From: the human T2T-CHM13v2.0 reference genome, Homo sapiens
Direction: 5' to 3' (one strand)
NCBI RefSeq assembly: GCF_009914755.1
Contig: NC_060930.1
Length of the DNA stretch: 64,000 nt
The notes beneath the pieces are model-generated. The model was not told the DNA's origin and searched no databases. It saw nothing but the letters and a program-made list of their open reading frames with translations. This document shows positions 21,236-37,090 of this stretch, piece after piece (position 1 is the stretch's first letter; the number at the start of each line of letters is the position of its first letter). Both the position numbers and the translations under genes were made by a program.

Positions 21236-22001
21236 AAATTTTTTTAAATTAAAAAAAAAAAAAAGCAATAGAAACCTTCCCAGATGGAAGGTTTGAGAAG
21301 AAGAAATAATCAGCAAAGATATAGGTAAATATGTAGGCAACCCTATATAAATCTATGTGATTGTATGAACAATAATAATATCTAATTTGTGGGGGGAAAA
21401 ATTAAGCTAGAACTGGATCCCAGTACTAGAAACAGATGATAATATATAAAGATTTCTAAGGTTTTCATATTGTTCAAGAGGCAGAAAGATATTAACTTTG
21501 TTAACTGAAAATATTAAAACAGATAACCACTAAAAGAATAGATGCACAAAGAATATAACTTCCAAACAAGAATGAGAAGAACTGGACTGAGAGGGGAAAA
21601 AAATTCTCAGTCAATGCAAAAGAAGGCAAAAAGGAAGAGGTAAAACATGGAAATATAAAGCACCAAAAAGATGGTAGTAACAAATTGAATATATCAGTAC
21701 TCACAATAAGATAAATGTAATAAAGACTCCACTTAAATGATGAAGATTGTCAGACTACATTTTTGAAAATCAGCAATATACTGTTTACATGAGATTTTTA
21801 AAACATAAAGTCATAGAAATGTTGAAAGTCAAAGGACAAGAAAACAAACATTAATAGAATAAATCTGATGGGGCTGTCTATATTAATATAAAAAAGAGAC
21901 TATGGACAAAGCATTACTAGAAATGAAAAGGATTGCTACCTAATTCACGAAGAACATAGACCAATTAATTCTACGCTTATATGCACCAAAAATCATGTAC
22001 T

Positions 22002-22292
22002 CTTTTTTTTTTTTGAGACAGTCTTGCTCTGTCACCTAGGATGGAGTGCAGTGGCAGAATCATAACTCACTGCAGCCTCGACCTCCTGAGCTCAAGTAAT
22101 CCTCCCACCTCAGCCTCCTAAGTAGGAGACTACAGATACAAACCACCACACCCAGCTAATCTGTCTTATTTTTTGTAGAGATGGGGTTTCCCTATGTAGC
22201 CCAGGCTGGTTTCAACTCCTGGGTTCAAGCAATCCTCCCACCTTGGCCTCCCAAAGTGCTGGGAATACAGGCATGAGCCACTGTACCAGGCT
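22002..22292 (-). mobile_element. Alu (J-like)
   Basis: Antisense Alu dimer. Confidence 0.9.
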
Positions 22293-22712
22293 GAAAAGAC
22301 ATTTTTAAATTACTTAAATAAATGGAAAAATAGCAAGTTGTTAGTAGAAAGCTTTATCAATAGCGTGAAGATGTTAATTCTCCCCAAACTGATTAAATCC
22401 AATTCCAGTGAAAATATCAACAATACTTTTCACCACACTTGACAAGCTAATTCAAAAATTTAAAGGGAATAGCAAAAGGTCAAAATTAGCTAAGTGCCCC
22501 TAAGAAAAAGAATAAGGTAAGGGGACTTGCCCTCCCAGATAGCAATACTTACTATATAAGCTAAGTAAATAAGACAGTGTGATATTAGCAGAGGTATCTC
22601 ACAAAGGGGACAATGGAAGATGATAGGGAACCTGGAAACAAACCAATGCATATATGGAGACTTGATTTTATAACAGAGTGGGCTCCAGAGATGAGTAAAG
22701 AGTCAATCAATG

Positions 22713-23350
<638 letters not shown>

Positions 23351-23769
23351 AGGAAAATTTATTAAACAACTGCAAAAAATTAAATTGGAACCCTACTCAA
23401 ACCATACACAAAAATCAATTTTAGTTGTATTAAGCACTTAGATGTGGAAAATAAAGCTATAAAACTTTTAGAAAACAGTTTAAGAGAATACCATTACAAT
23501 CCAATAAAGGGTAAGTTTTTCTAAAACAAGAGACAAAAATATCCACTCATGAAGGAAAATGTTGATAAATTCTACCGCGTAAAATTAAAGCTTTGCTTCA
23601 CCAAAAGACATTTAAAAGAGAGGAAAAGATAACCACTAAATGGATGGGGGGTGGGGGTGGTTGGGGAATGGTTTGGAATGGAATTTGCCAAATATATAAT
23701 TGAGACAAAGGATTAATATCCAAAATATATGTTTTAAAACTCCTATGAATCAAAGGGAGAAGAAAAAAC

Positions 23770-23792
23770 AAGCCTGCTAACATAGCAGGACC

Positions 23793-23833
<41 letters not shown>

Positions 23834-24355
23834 CCCCCTTTTTTTTTTTTTTTTGAGACAGTCTCACGCTGTCACTCGGGCTGGGGTGCAGTGGCATGAT
23901 CTTGGCTCACTGCAACCTCTGCCTCCTGGATTCAAGTGATTCTCATGCCTCAGCCTTCTGAGTAGCTGAGATTACAAGCATGCGCCATCATGCCCAGCTA
24001 ATTTTTGTATTTTTAGTAGAGACGGGGTTTCGCTATGTTGGCCAGGCTGGTCTCGAACTCCTGGCCTCAAGTGATCCACCCACCTTGGCCTCCCAAAGTG
24101 TTGGGATTACAGGCGTGAAGTACTGCACCTGGCCAAGACCCCATCTCTTAAGTAAATAAATAAACTAAGTGTGGTGCCAGGTGCCCGTATTCTAGATATT
24201 TGTGAGGCTAAGGCCAGAGGTTCACATGAACTCAGGCGTTTGAGGCTGCATTGAGCTGTGATTGTACCACTGCACTCCAGCCTAGGTAACAGAGTAAAAC
24301 CCTGACTCTCAGAAAAAAAAAAAAAAAAAGAAAATGAAAAGAAAAAAGAAAAAGA
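23770..24355. mobile_element. Old + strand Alu interrupted by a - strand Alu (~23797-24133) with a (CT)n tail
   Basis: TSD gaccccatctct on both sides of the antisense Alu. Confidence 0.88.
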
Positions 24356-25284
24356 TAAACAATACAATGGAAAAATGGGCAAAAGTCACAAACAAGTATT
24401 TTACAAAAGAGAAAACACAAATGGCTCACAGATACCTGAAAAATGCTTGATCTTGTTAGTAATCAGAGAAATGCAAATTAAAACCACAGAGATATTGTTC
24501 CCATCTGAATAAGAAAAATTTAAAAGTAAGTCAATAGTAAGTGTTGACAAGGATGGGGAGCAATAATAACTCTTACTACCTTCTGGTGGGAGTGTAAATT
24601 AATACAACCATTTAGAGAAACAGATTGATAGTAAAATTCAGTAGGAAAGTCAATTCTGCTCCTGGGTTTATATGCTAGAAAAATTCTTGCATATGTACTC
24701 CAGGAGGCATGCATTACAGATTCTCATAGCAGCATTGTTCAGAATTACTAAAAAGAGAGAGACAGAGAAAGGCAGAACACAAATGTGCATTCATAGTAGT
24801 AAGGAGTAGTCACTCGTGGTATATTCACACAGTGGAATACTATACAACAATGAGAATGAAGAAACCCCACTGTGCAAATGTAACACAATTAATTTAATAT
24901 CAACATTAAACAGAGTGTTGGGGAAAAACCCAAATCACTGAAGCTATATAATGTATGCTTCTGTTTATGTAACATTCAAAAAAAAAAAAAAGCAAAACTT
25001 CACATGATTTTAGGGATGTATATGTAGAAGTTGTAAAATTATAAAGAAGGCAAGCAAATGAATAAAACACAGCTCAGAGTGGTGATTATCTCTGGTGTGT
25101 GTTGGTGGGGAGGGGAGACACCATCTAAGAGGGCATGAAGAGGTTCCTGTGAATACTAAGATTCTAATTTTTAATGTAGCTGCGAGGATATAAACATACG
25201 TTTTATTTCATTCTTTTAATTGCACAAATACATTCATACTGTATTTTATATGTATGGTACATTTTACAATCAAATGGTCAATGT

Positions 25285-26657
<1,373 letters not shown>

Positions 26658-28399
26658 TCAAGGCCTTGAATATCAACCAGAGTGAGTGACAGAAAGGCTT
26701 GATACCAGTATGTCACTCACACCTTTCATGGGTAGACCTTTCCAAAATCACCCAGTGTCCCCCTCTCTGAAGACCTTCATCTGTAAAACAGAAATAAGAA
26801 GCAACTGTGCTGAATGTTCTTAGAAGGTGTGGTCATAAACTCTATTAATAGACAGTAGAGCCTGTTGTTAACTCTGTCTAAATCTACACATTAATTTGGA
26901 AGTTTCATCAGTCTGACTCATATTTTCTTTTTTCTTTCTAATAATTCAGTATCCCAGCCTTTACACCCTCACTCAACTTCTGGCATGGACATGCTCAGCA
27001 TTGCCACACTTGCCAATAAAGGTAAAAACTATACAATTTTTTGGCAGGCTTTAATAACTTTCATAATGAGCTACCATTCCTGTCATTTATTTGATTTGAA
27101 CTTGCAAAGGCATCAGTAAATTAAAAGAAAGCATACTGAGATTTGGTGGAGGAAAAAAATGTCAATTCCCAAATTGGTCTTTTGGGAATTCAAAATACAC
27201 AATAGAGCAACAGCTGTTCTAGATTTCCATCAGAGATTAGCAGATAAGTTATTATTGAAATTCAAAGTTGTGACATCTTTAGATAAATATTTGCCCTTGA
27301 TTTTCACAGCCTCTGATTCAACAGAAATCTGGAAGTGTTCACAGCTTGGCCCGGAGAAGATCGTTTTAAATCTACAGCTTTAAAATGTGGTTGAAAAGGA
27401 GCCCAGGTTGGATTCTGCCAGCAGGTCCGCTGGCCGCTGTTACCTCCCCACTGTCAACGCCTAGGTCTCTGCCTCCAGCCCTGTTTCAGCCTGTCCTTGA
27501 GGATTTGCTTCACCTCATTTACTGAGCTTGCCACAGATTCATTACCTGGCATCAGAGCTCCCCTCTCACTGAGCCTGCCCAGAGGGGTGCCAGTATACTA
27601 GCCAGATGCCGCTGGAGGGACTCCACAATAAAGCCTGGCTATTAAAGACTTCAACAGTCTCATAAAGTCACTTTGCCAGCTGTAGAGCACACAAGTGCCC
27701 ACAGATCCAAGCCTCCTTCCTTCCCCAAAGAAACACCTTGGATAAAGTCTTGGAATATCATCCATTAGCACATGGCTCCAGCCAACACATGAATTCCCTT
27801 ACACCAGCACATGGTCTCTCTTTCCTGTTCATTCACTTTGGAAGACAGTCCTTGAAATGACAAGGCCTGGAGTGTCTTGTACAACCACCGCCAATCCGGT
27901 TTCCAGCAGAGGCTTGTGGGCTAGGGAGTGTATCGATTTGTATTGTTAAAGGAATTTCCTGCTCCTCTCAGTGTCAGCTGAAGAGCCCTCTGCAGTCATT
28001 CTCCTATTTTGAGAGAAGAGAAACAAGAGGAGACGAACTCCTGGTTCCTTCCTACGGGGTGTATAGACCAGTGACAATGTTAGTCCTACAATTTGGATTT
28101 ATTTGTTTGTTTTCTAATCACCGCCACTTCTCCAAGTACAAAGTCTGTGTCTATAATTAGATATCTTCTACATGTTACACCGGCAAGTCCATCTCATCAT
28201 TTTACAGAGGGATGGTGACTTCCTTTAGCGCCCCATACTGACCGCGGTCCCTCACCTGCTGACTGATTGACTTATAAATCTGCCCCCCACCCACTTGTCT
28301 GTCCATTGAAGGCAAATTCGCCATCGGGAACACAGTAGTTTCTCAATAACTATCTAATGCATGGCCACCCTTCCCAGGATTTAGAATATCAAAGGGACG

Positions 28400-29470
28400 T
28401 GTTCTTTCCTCCCAAATCACCTGCCTGCGCTTCCCCCAGCCGGGTGCCCCAGCCTTCACCTCGGTCCGGCCACCACCTCATCCCGCTTCTTCGCGGCTTC
28501 CAGGCCTCGGGCTGGGATCTCAGCCCCTGCCTGTAGGTGCGGCCCAGAGGGTGCGACACGCGTCGGAGCGGGGCAGCGGAGGAGGGGACAGGGACGCGGC
28601 AGCCACACCCGCATCTCTTTCCCCTCTCGGGCATCCCCGAGGGCCCTTCTGCCTCCAGTTCCTTGAGCCCCCGAAGCCCCCCATGCGGCAAGAGCGAGTC
28701 GCAGGAACAAGTGGGGAATCTTGGCCGCGGCCCCCTCCCCCGCCTTATAAAAAAGAAATTGACTTTTGTTTGGAGTTTGTGAAAAGTGGGGCTCGGGGCC
28801 CAGTCAATGGGGCGCCCCGCGGCGCGGGCTGAGTGGAGCTAGCGCGAACCGCTCAGCCGCGGCCCCAATTAATCCGCCCTTTGTGCGGCCCGCCCGGCCG
28901 CCCCCGCCGCAGCCGCACCAGCGGCCCATTGTTCGGCCTCGCCGGGCCGCGGGATTTACCCTTTTCAAACAGCCGGTTTTGTCCAGGGCAGTTCGAGCGG
29001 AAGTTTCTCACTGACAATTTGCCCCAAATAGATAGATTTGTCAGAAGCGACCTTCGGGAAGGAAGCAAAAAGCCACCGGCCCGAAGGTTGGGCCCAAAAC
29101 AGGGACTCTGCGTCCCACCCGCGGCCGCGCCGCCCCCCCGCGCCCCCGGCCCTGCAGTCCCGAAGCCCCGCGGGGGTCCAGACCACTGCACCTGCTGAGC
29201 CAGACACTCCGCGGACCTGACCTCCGTTTTACCCATCTGTAAAATGGAGCAGCTGGGCGCTGGCAAGCCGTAAGTCCAAGAGCTTTGGCTCCACCAGCGT
29301 GTACGACGCTCATTTCCTTTCTCTCTCCCCACACCCTTTCCAAAAACTGTAAGCCAGAAAACCTGGCCAGGCCTCCGCGACGGCGAGAAACGGTCTTGAA
29401 GGTCGGTCGGTCGCCGTAATGCGGTCCGGATCGTGCACGTGCTGTTTCGCCACTGCCCTCCGGCTCCTCC
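28400..29470. promoter_or_regulatory. Upstream CpG island (candidate enhancer or lncRNA promoter)
   Basis: CpG-rich, with TATAAAA (28746), TAATCC (28870), SOX motifs CTTTGT (28879) and CATTGTT (28927), and ETS CGGAAGT (28998). Confidence 0.8.
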
Positions 29471-30007
29471 TTAACAAAGATGTCAACCGTGCTAAATCAC
29501 AGGTGGTGCCTTTGTAAGACCAGCTATTGTCCCCTCATAAGTCAAGATATAAAACGCTTTGTACTGAATGGCCCATGATCTGGAGCGCTCAACTTGGGAG
29601 TTGAGCTGTTAGATTTTTTTTTCCCCACCCACCAGAGCCACTCTTCTCCCAAATGACCTCACTTAATAAGCAAAATTTAAATGGGGTGGGGGGGACTCAA
29701 CATGCTGTGGATGAAAAGAATAGTTACTGATTTCTTCACACTTAATGGCATGTAGGAGTCTTTTAAAATACAGTCTCATACCAAACAGATCTGTGAATTT
29801 TAAGCAGAACTGAATTGTATTAATCAGTTGATGGGTTTGTTCATCTTCTATCACTAGATGAGAAATACAAAGGTTGGGAATCCACAGCGTCTAATTCTAC
29901 TGTACTTAAGCAATCTCTCCCTTTAGTCCAGAAAATTTCCTACTAGTTGCACATGAGAGAAAAATTGAAGCAAAAAAAAAAAAATCTGTTTTTTGTTTAT
30001 CCATCAG

Positions 30008-30500
30008 GTGAATACACACTTCAGCATCATACAGAGGAAACCCTAGGTGGTCTTTAGCAAGATTTCAGTGGTTAAGAGCTACAATTTAGAAAAGATGACA
30101 ATACATACACAGTGTCAATAGTATTTAAACAAACATCCCAGACAACAGAATAATGGTTATTAACTATGATGCTTTGGGCTTCTGACTAATTTCCCATGTC
30201 TGTCTGCAGCCAAACAGCTGCAGGATTTTTCCCCCTTTAAAAACTGTTTGTGCATCATTTTAAAAATTGCATTTAACAGCCATATTCTCCAGAGCAGTCC
30301 CTCTGTGTGGAACTGAAGTGAATGGTTTAGCAATAGCGATGAAGCCAGTAAGTAGTAAGAATGTCTTTCATGCCAAAAGAACTCTAACCACTCTGCTAGA
30401 AATGGGCTACATTTTTACTCTCTGAAATGTAGAAGCTGTCTGCTACTGTATGACCTTCAGTATGGTTTACATGTCTAAATAAATGGAATTATTTAACCCT
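30008..30500 (+). ncRNA. Candidate terminal exon of an upstream lncRNA
   Basis: Acceptor tgttttttgtttatccatcAG| at 30007 and AATAAA at 30478-30483; no ORF. I recall an annotated lncRNA upstream of NR2E1 but cannot verify it here. Confidence 0.35.
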
Positions 30501-32159
30501 GCTCACACTTGCACTAGTGTTTTCAAAATTGATTAAGTTGTGCAACTGTACTAAAGTGTACCTTTCTTGGGGTTTGAAAATATTAAAGAAATCAAGAGAG
30601 GGTAAGATTATTTTGCAAAATTGCTTTCTCACTCTTCCAGATAAATATTACATTTTAAAAATTACTTGGTGATCCAAAGATTAAAATGAATGCATTTCTG
30701 TACACTCCAAATATGCAATTCCAATGATTATTTAGCTACTGCAGCTGGAAATACATATATTTAGGGATACAGATATGTACAATTATGAATACTTGGGTAA
30801 TTACACATTGTAACTAACTATTAATGCATGGACTAAAATCAAATTACCTCCACTGTTTTCATTGTTATTTAGTACTTAACAAGTATCCACTTGGCACTAA
30901 AAGATGGTCAAAATATATCAAACAATGTCAGCCTTCCAAAAAGGTATCAAAATACTTATATCCTAGATAGATACACATATGTTGTATGTAGTGCATGTTG
31001 GTGTTTCAAATATCTCATTATTTAATGTCCTGATCTGATAGAAATGTTAGATTTCAAATCACTGTTTCACCTATCCCAACAGTTACACCTGAAATTTTAG
31101 AGGCTAAGGAGAAATGTCTGCAACCTACCTCCTCAGTTGTGAACTCCTGTACCTGAAAGGCCAAATCCTCCTCCTCCCAGCAGGCAATCATCTTATGCCC
31201 TGAAGCATGAGATCTGATTACCCCTATCATCATCTTAGCTTGCATAGATACAGATGTTATTAACGGCTGTAGTTTATCCAACCCTTTTTTAAAACGCAGC
31301 TGCAGCATTTGACTTGGGGACCTCCTGTGAATCCCACTGGTTGACTCCGTCTTGCACAAAGCACGTGGGGTTTGGGGGAGGGAGAAGAGAGAGGGAGGTT
31401 TGTTTTGTTTTGGAGGGTTTTTTTTTTTTTTTTTTGAATCAGAGTTCCCTAAATAGCCACTCGGCATCTTTGTAAGTGATGTGAATTCTGAAATTACTTA
31501 CTAGAATAGGACAACAGAGTACTGTGTGAACTAGATCTGTTGGAAACAAAGCATAGTAGAATGTATGATGCTTTTCACTTCATTGGCAGAGATCAAATAT
31601 GTGGTCCTGATATACTCATCCACATAATAAAGAATTGTAGCTTATTCTGAAATATATTGGCCACATTCAAACTGGAGTACCTGGTTTTACATAACAATTG
31701 TTTCTACAAGTGTTGAAACAGTAATCTGGATAAAGTAGGTCCTAAAGCTGCTGTGAAGGGAAGACAGGGACGTTTTTAAAATCTGAAAGGCCTAGATTGG
31801 CAATCCAGGCAGATCAAATTCAGCGATTAATTGGTCAATCTAATCATTGCCTTTTTCTCAGCATCTATGATTTGTGTCTCTAAGTATTGCTCCTGTAGGT
31901 CATATCATCCCTTCTATAAAACAGAGAGGACACCTCACAGGTTTCCTATACCTTGGAACACAGCAAATTTTAAGTACTGGCAGAAAGGGAATTTAGAAAA
32001 AAACCCTGTGAAGTAAAGGAGGCTGACGTTGCACAAATACTGAACTATAGTTTCAAGATGCACAAAACACTGTTCTTAATTCTAATTACTTCACTAGTAA
32101 GTAAGTGAAATTGCTTTAATTGGAGCTTCTAGAAGCCCTTCTGGGAAATGAGAGGTAGC

Positions 32160-32360
32160 TGGATGCAGTAGAATGCAGTGGAATGAGTATTTCAAAGAGC
32201 ACTGGACTCAGCATCAGGAGATATGGGTTCTGGGGATGATCTCTGTCTCTCAGTGAGTAAGCAAGGACAAGTTGTCTCTAAGGTTCTCACTTTCCTCATC
32301 TATAAAATGACTACATTAGAGGAGTGCCTTGTAACTTATGTGCTCTGTGATTCCACGCTA
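32160..32360 (+). mobile_element. MIR fragment
   Basis: aagagcactggactcagcatcaggagatatgggttct...tttcctcatctataaaatg. Confidence 0.6.
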
Positions 32361-35300
32361 AATGGAAGCCAAGTTAGACTGTGTAATTCACAGGAAATTA
32401 GGAGGCTGAAGAAAGCTTGGCAGCCAGTATCTCCCTGGATGTAGTCTGTGTTCTGCTTTCTTGTTTCTCTAGTCATTCTTTTGTTTTCAGAAAGCCAAAA
32501 ATGACCTGCACTGCTTCCCAAGGTTTGGAGATTCAGAGGACCTGTCCCTGTTCCCTTCCTACCCCATTGCTGGGGCTGAGCAAAAATGAGCCCTTCACCT
32601 CAAGCTTCAGTAGCTTTCATTGAGTATCATCAGGCAGGTTCACTCATACATTCCACATTTACAAAGCACCACTATGTGCCAGGGTGCAAGGGACTAGAAA
32701 GATGTTTCTACTTGATTATTCTTGGAGCCAGAGAATGTCAAGATGCAGCGGGACTCTAGAAGCCTCGGAGTCTCAGCCTGACTTTAGAACTGAATTTTTG
32801 TCCAACCAAGGGTGTGAATAAATGCAAAGACATGACTTGTTATTTGTTAAGGTTGTGGGGTGAGGGGGGTGGTCACACAGAGCATTGTCTCCTTGTTGTT
32901 AGCAGCGTTCATCTTCCTACTTGTGGGGAGTAACAGACTACTTTTGGCAATACAGTGCTCAAAAGTGTCAAGAAAAACCCTGCAACTCAGGACCCACTGG
33001 ATTCTAGAGAACAAGCGTCTCTTTTCTGGATTGTTCTTGTTTATTTGGGGGGTAAATTTGGATAAGAATCAAACAACTTGTAGAGAGATCCACAGCAGAA
33101 TCAAGAGCAAGCCTGCAAACACTGTTTCTTTCATTTGGCACTTAGCAAGCACCTACTATGTGCCAGACACTGCTCCATGACCCACCTCCTCTCTCACCAT
33201 CCACTGGGCAAACAACAGCCATAGGTTGAATTATGATGTGGAAGCAAATGCAAATCAACTTCCTCCTTCATATAAACAAACAAACAAACAAACAAACAAA
33301 AACTTGTGTCAGAATGTTTTTGGATACTAAACATCAAAACTCAGCCAAGCTCAGCTGGTAGGTTTTCCCAGCCATTTCCTTGGTCTGAGCATCTCTTAAC
33401 TCTGCATATCGGTAAGGGGAATGGTATTTTAAAGGAGTGACTCTCTAGAGGTTGAATGGCCTCTGTGAGGGGTCGATCACAGGGGATTGGGGAAGGGGTC
33501 TCTTTAACACCAATTCCATCAGCTCTGCTAGCTGATGGGAAAGCTTGTCCTTTCACCTTCGGTATTTTAATTTAGAAGAATGTGTGTGTGTGGAGGGGGT
33601 GTTAATGGAAAAAATGTCACCGTTTTTAGAGAAGCTAGTGAATGGCAGGGCTAGCAGTCAACCTCAGATAGTCTGAAACTTTGAGGGGTGCTCTGTACCC
33701 CTGCCTCTCTCATACAACCTAGTTAATAGGATTCTCTTTAACAGGGCACTAGCAGAGGAATGAGCTATAATACAATACAGTCCTCAGAGGACTGTAGAAT
33801 CAGTAGATTCTCCTAACACAAGGCCAGCTTTCCAGGGCAATTCTGGACAGCCTATGTCACCGCACACTGGTTTAGGGCTCCTTGTATATATCTCCAGTGT
33901 CCTGTGTTTCATCCCAATCTAAAACATTTATCATCTTTTATGTGTCTGCTCCCTGCTACATGGAGAAAGGAGTCATGTCATTAATCTGCTATATCCCCAG
34001 GGTCTGGCATATAGTGGGTGCTCAGTATTTGATGAGTGGGTAGATTGATGGATGGGCAGAAATACCCCTTGATCCATGGTCCTCTCATGATCTTATTTCC
34101 TATCTCTTGGACCAAAATGTAAACATCCTTCGATAAAAGAACCTTCCCTGCGTTTTAGGCTTTGGTTTTGGTTGAGAGCTCCATACTCACAAGCGCCTAC
34201 AGAGGAAATTAGGGGCTATGTCTGAACCTGTTTAGAAGGGTTTCAGAACCTCTGAGGGTGTGGCTATCCCCACCACCTTCCAAAGCAATAAACTTATCCT
34301 TGTAACTTAAGGTCTTGTCTCTGTTAAAAGATAATTCTGAGCCAGATGGCATTTGCCCCTTATCAATCATTTCCTTTAATGGACTCACAGGAAAAAATCT
34401 TTGAAAGTTAAGACCGAACAGGGTGAGAATCCTTTTACAAATAACAATCTGGAACCCAGAGAGGTCTAGCCACTCGCCTAAGGTCACACAGCTTGTTGGC
34501 ACAGCCCTGAATCCCTATCTCGTGGTTTCCAGCGTTTAGCCTGGCTGTGCCTCCAGTGGCCCCTCAGGGCATCTGCAGGTGACTTCCCTTCATTTGCCCA
34601 ACATTTATGCAGCACCTACTATGAATCAGGCAGCATGCTGGGGCCTGTGGATAGAAAGATGAAGAGCCATAGTCTTTGTCCTGCAAAGGCTTTCTTCTCT
34701 GAGCTGTACCCATGGTAGCCCCAAGTTTCTACGCCTTAAATCCGAGGTCCCCCGTGGCCTGCAGCAGCTTTGCCTGAGTAGAAGGCAGCCCGCACTAAGG
34801 CTCCAGGCTTATTTGGGACCTGGTGGGCGACGGGGCCTCAGCCCCTCCCGCCTACCCTGGAGCTTGTTGCCGCCGTTACCACTGAACCAGTCATGCCAGA
34901 AAGTCATCACGATGATTTCAGAACTGTATTGTGATTTATGCAAAGCGCGCCGATAATTACAGCCGGGCGCACAGAACACAGGATGCATATGCTGCGGGTG
35001 TGTGCGCGCAGTGTTGTGCCTTTCGCCAGGGCTGAATGGGGTGTGTGTGTATTCCGTAGGCATCTTCTTGACACCATGCTTGATCGGGGACTGGTGACAG
35101 GAAAAAGAGGGAAGATACCCATTTTGATTTTGAGACAATTTGATGAGCCTTGGGAGTATTTTCCAGAAGTTTTGGTGCCTACAAATGAGCCAGCCTGGCA
35201 GGAGCGTTCGAGAGTAGGGGAAGAGGTGGTTTGGAGCCCAGGAAAGCCATCGTCCAGCCCCCGCACAGGCAAAGCAATTAGTAGTTCTCCTTCTCGAAAC

Positions 35301-37064
35301 AGACCCCTAAATGCTTCCCCTGCAGACAGGCCTGGGTCTAGTCATCACCCCCCACACTGCCCTCATCTTCGCCCCAGATAAATTAGTTCCACCCTTGAAG
35401 TTCTTTGTCCTGAACCAAAGAACCCCATAATCGCGTCCGCGTTATGGGGGTGGTGGTGGTAGGTGGCTGAAGCAAGTGGATTTCTGGCGTGAACCAGAAC
35501 CTGAGGATTCCAAACGGAGCCTGGCATCTTATTGTGTTTCTCAAATCCTGCCCGAAATTCCTCCCCTCTCTGGGCGCCGAGTTCGAGAAAGCGCTACGCC
35601 GCCGGTCGGGCTAGCTCCACAAGCGGCTGTACAAGTTGGCTGTCAAAAAACGCTGATTTCTCCTCCTGTCACCTAATAAACCCCTACGCGCTTATGGCCT
35701 CGTCCCACAATCCCCCAATCTCGTCCCAATTCGAAAAACCGAGGAGGAGGGAATAAACTGAGAGATAAAGATCCCCCCATCTTGCTCTTTCCCCGGGACC
35801 CCAGCCTTGGTCGCGGCGCCCCACTAAGGAGGACACAGGCTCTGGTGTGTGTGGTGTGCGAGACCCCGAGCTCGAGGCCGAGCCAAGGCTGGGCAGAAAG
35901 TTGCAATCACGTGCTGTCGGAGCCCACTGGAGCGCACAGCCCGCTCCCCCTGGGACGCCCAGGCGGAGGACCTGCTGCGCCCTCCCAGGGCTCGGGGGAC
36001 TCCAGCATTCACTTGCACGCACAGGCGAACTCTGATTGAAAGCCCGGGATGACACCGAGTCTGGAGAAAGAGGGACCGGGGGGTGGGCTGGCGGAATTGC
36101 AGAGCGCCGGCCACAGCTCCCCTCCCCGCGAACGTCGAGCGGAGGGCGGGAGGTGTAACCTCTGACCTCTGGCCGGGTCCACGCCCTGAGGAGGGACTGG
36201 CAAGCTCTTGTTCGACAAGTTCAAGCTGCCGAGAGAGCTTAAATAGAATTAATCTCTTAGAGATCGGGGATCATCGCTCCCTCGGCATGCGCTCTCCCAG
36301 CGCCGCGCACAGAGCAAGGCGCGAGAGAGCTCAGGAATCGCGGGAAGGCAAGCGGAATGGGGAGGGGGTAGGGGATGAGGGCCTCTCTTCACTATTCCTC
36401 CGCCCGGAGAGCGGGAGCCCGCAACGCCCGCCGAGGACGAGCGGCGGGAGGGAACGCTCTGCCCTCCAGCCGCCCCGGTGCAGATAATGGAGGCGACAAG
36501 AGATTCGCTCAGCGTCGGATGGGCCAGCTCTGCTTGGGGAAGCTGGCGGCATCCTCCCCTCGGCTGGTGCCCAAACCCACTGCGCGAAGGCCGAAGGAAC
36601 GCGGAACCTCCAGAAGACCCCATCCTCAGCCCTGACTTTCCGTAGATATGTGCAAAATGAGTAAATTACTCACCTCGGGCCAGATCCAAGTTTTACCCAA
36701 CAGAAGGGGCACCGGACCAAGAATGAACCAACTCACATGGCCATGTCCGGCGCGCACAATCACACGCCAGCACACAGCCACCCAATTTCTTCCGCGAATC
36801 TATCTGGCACTCTGGAGAGAGGGGGAAAAGCGTTTTGAGAAAGCCCCGTCACCCCTCCCCTTCCTTCTTGCCGTGAAATATACGAATTCATTTTTATTAC
36901 GAGCCGCACCGTCCTCACCATCACGCACGCACAGAGCCACACTCCCATATTCACACTTTCTAACTCGTAAGCTCCGACAGCGCCTGCATTTTCTTTGGGA
37001 GCCGCTTGGAGGTTCATTAATATCATTAGCATTTAACCCCCTCCCTCTTCCCATCCCCTCCCCG

Positions 37065-37090
37065 CACATGGCTGACGTCAGACCCCGCCA
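37065..37090 (+). promoter_or_regulatory. E-box (CACATG) plus palindromic CRE (TGACGTCA, 37073-37080) in the presumed proximal promoter
   Basis: Exact consensus CRE ~800 nt upstream of the ATG. The TSS itself cannot be determined from sequence. Confidence 0.5.

Noticed and set aside
29048-29090. 11-bp stem (cgaccttcggg / cccgaaggttg) as a possible structured RNA
   Set aside because: Short stems are common in GC-rich DNA; no tRNA, snoRNA or pre-miRNA hallmarks.
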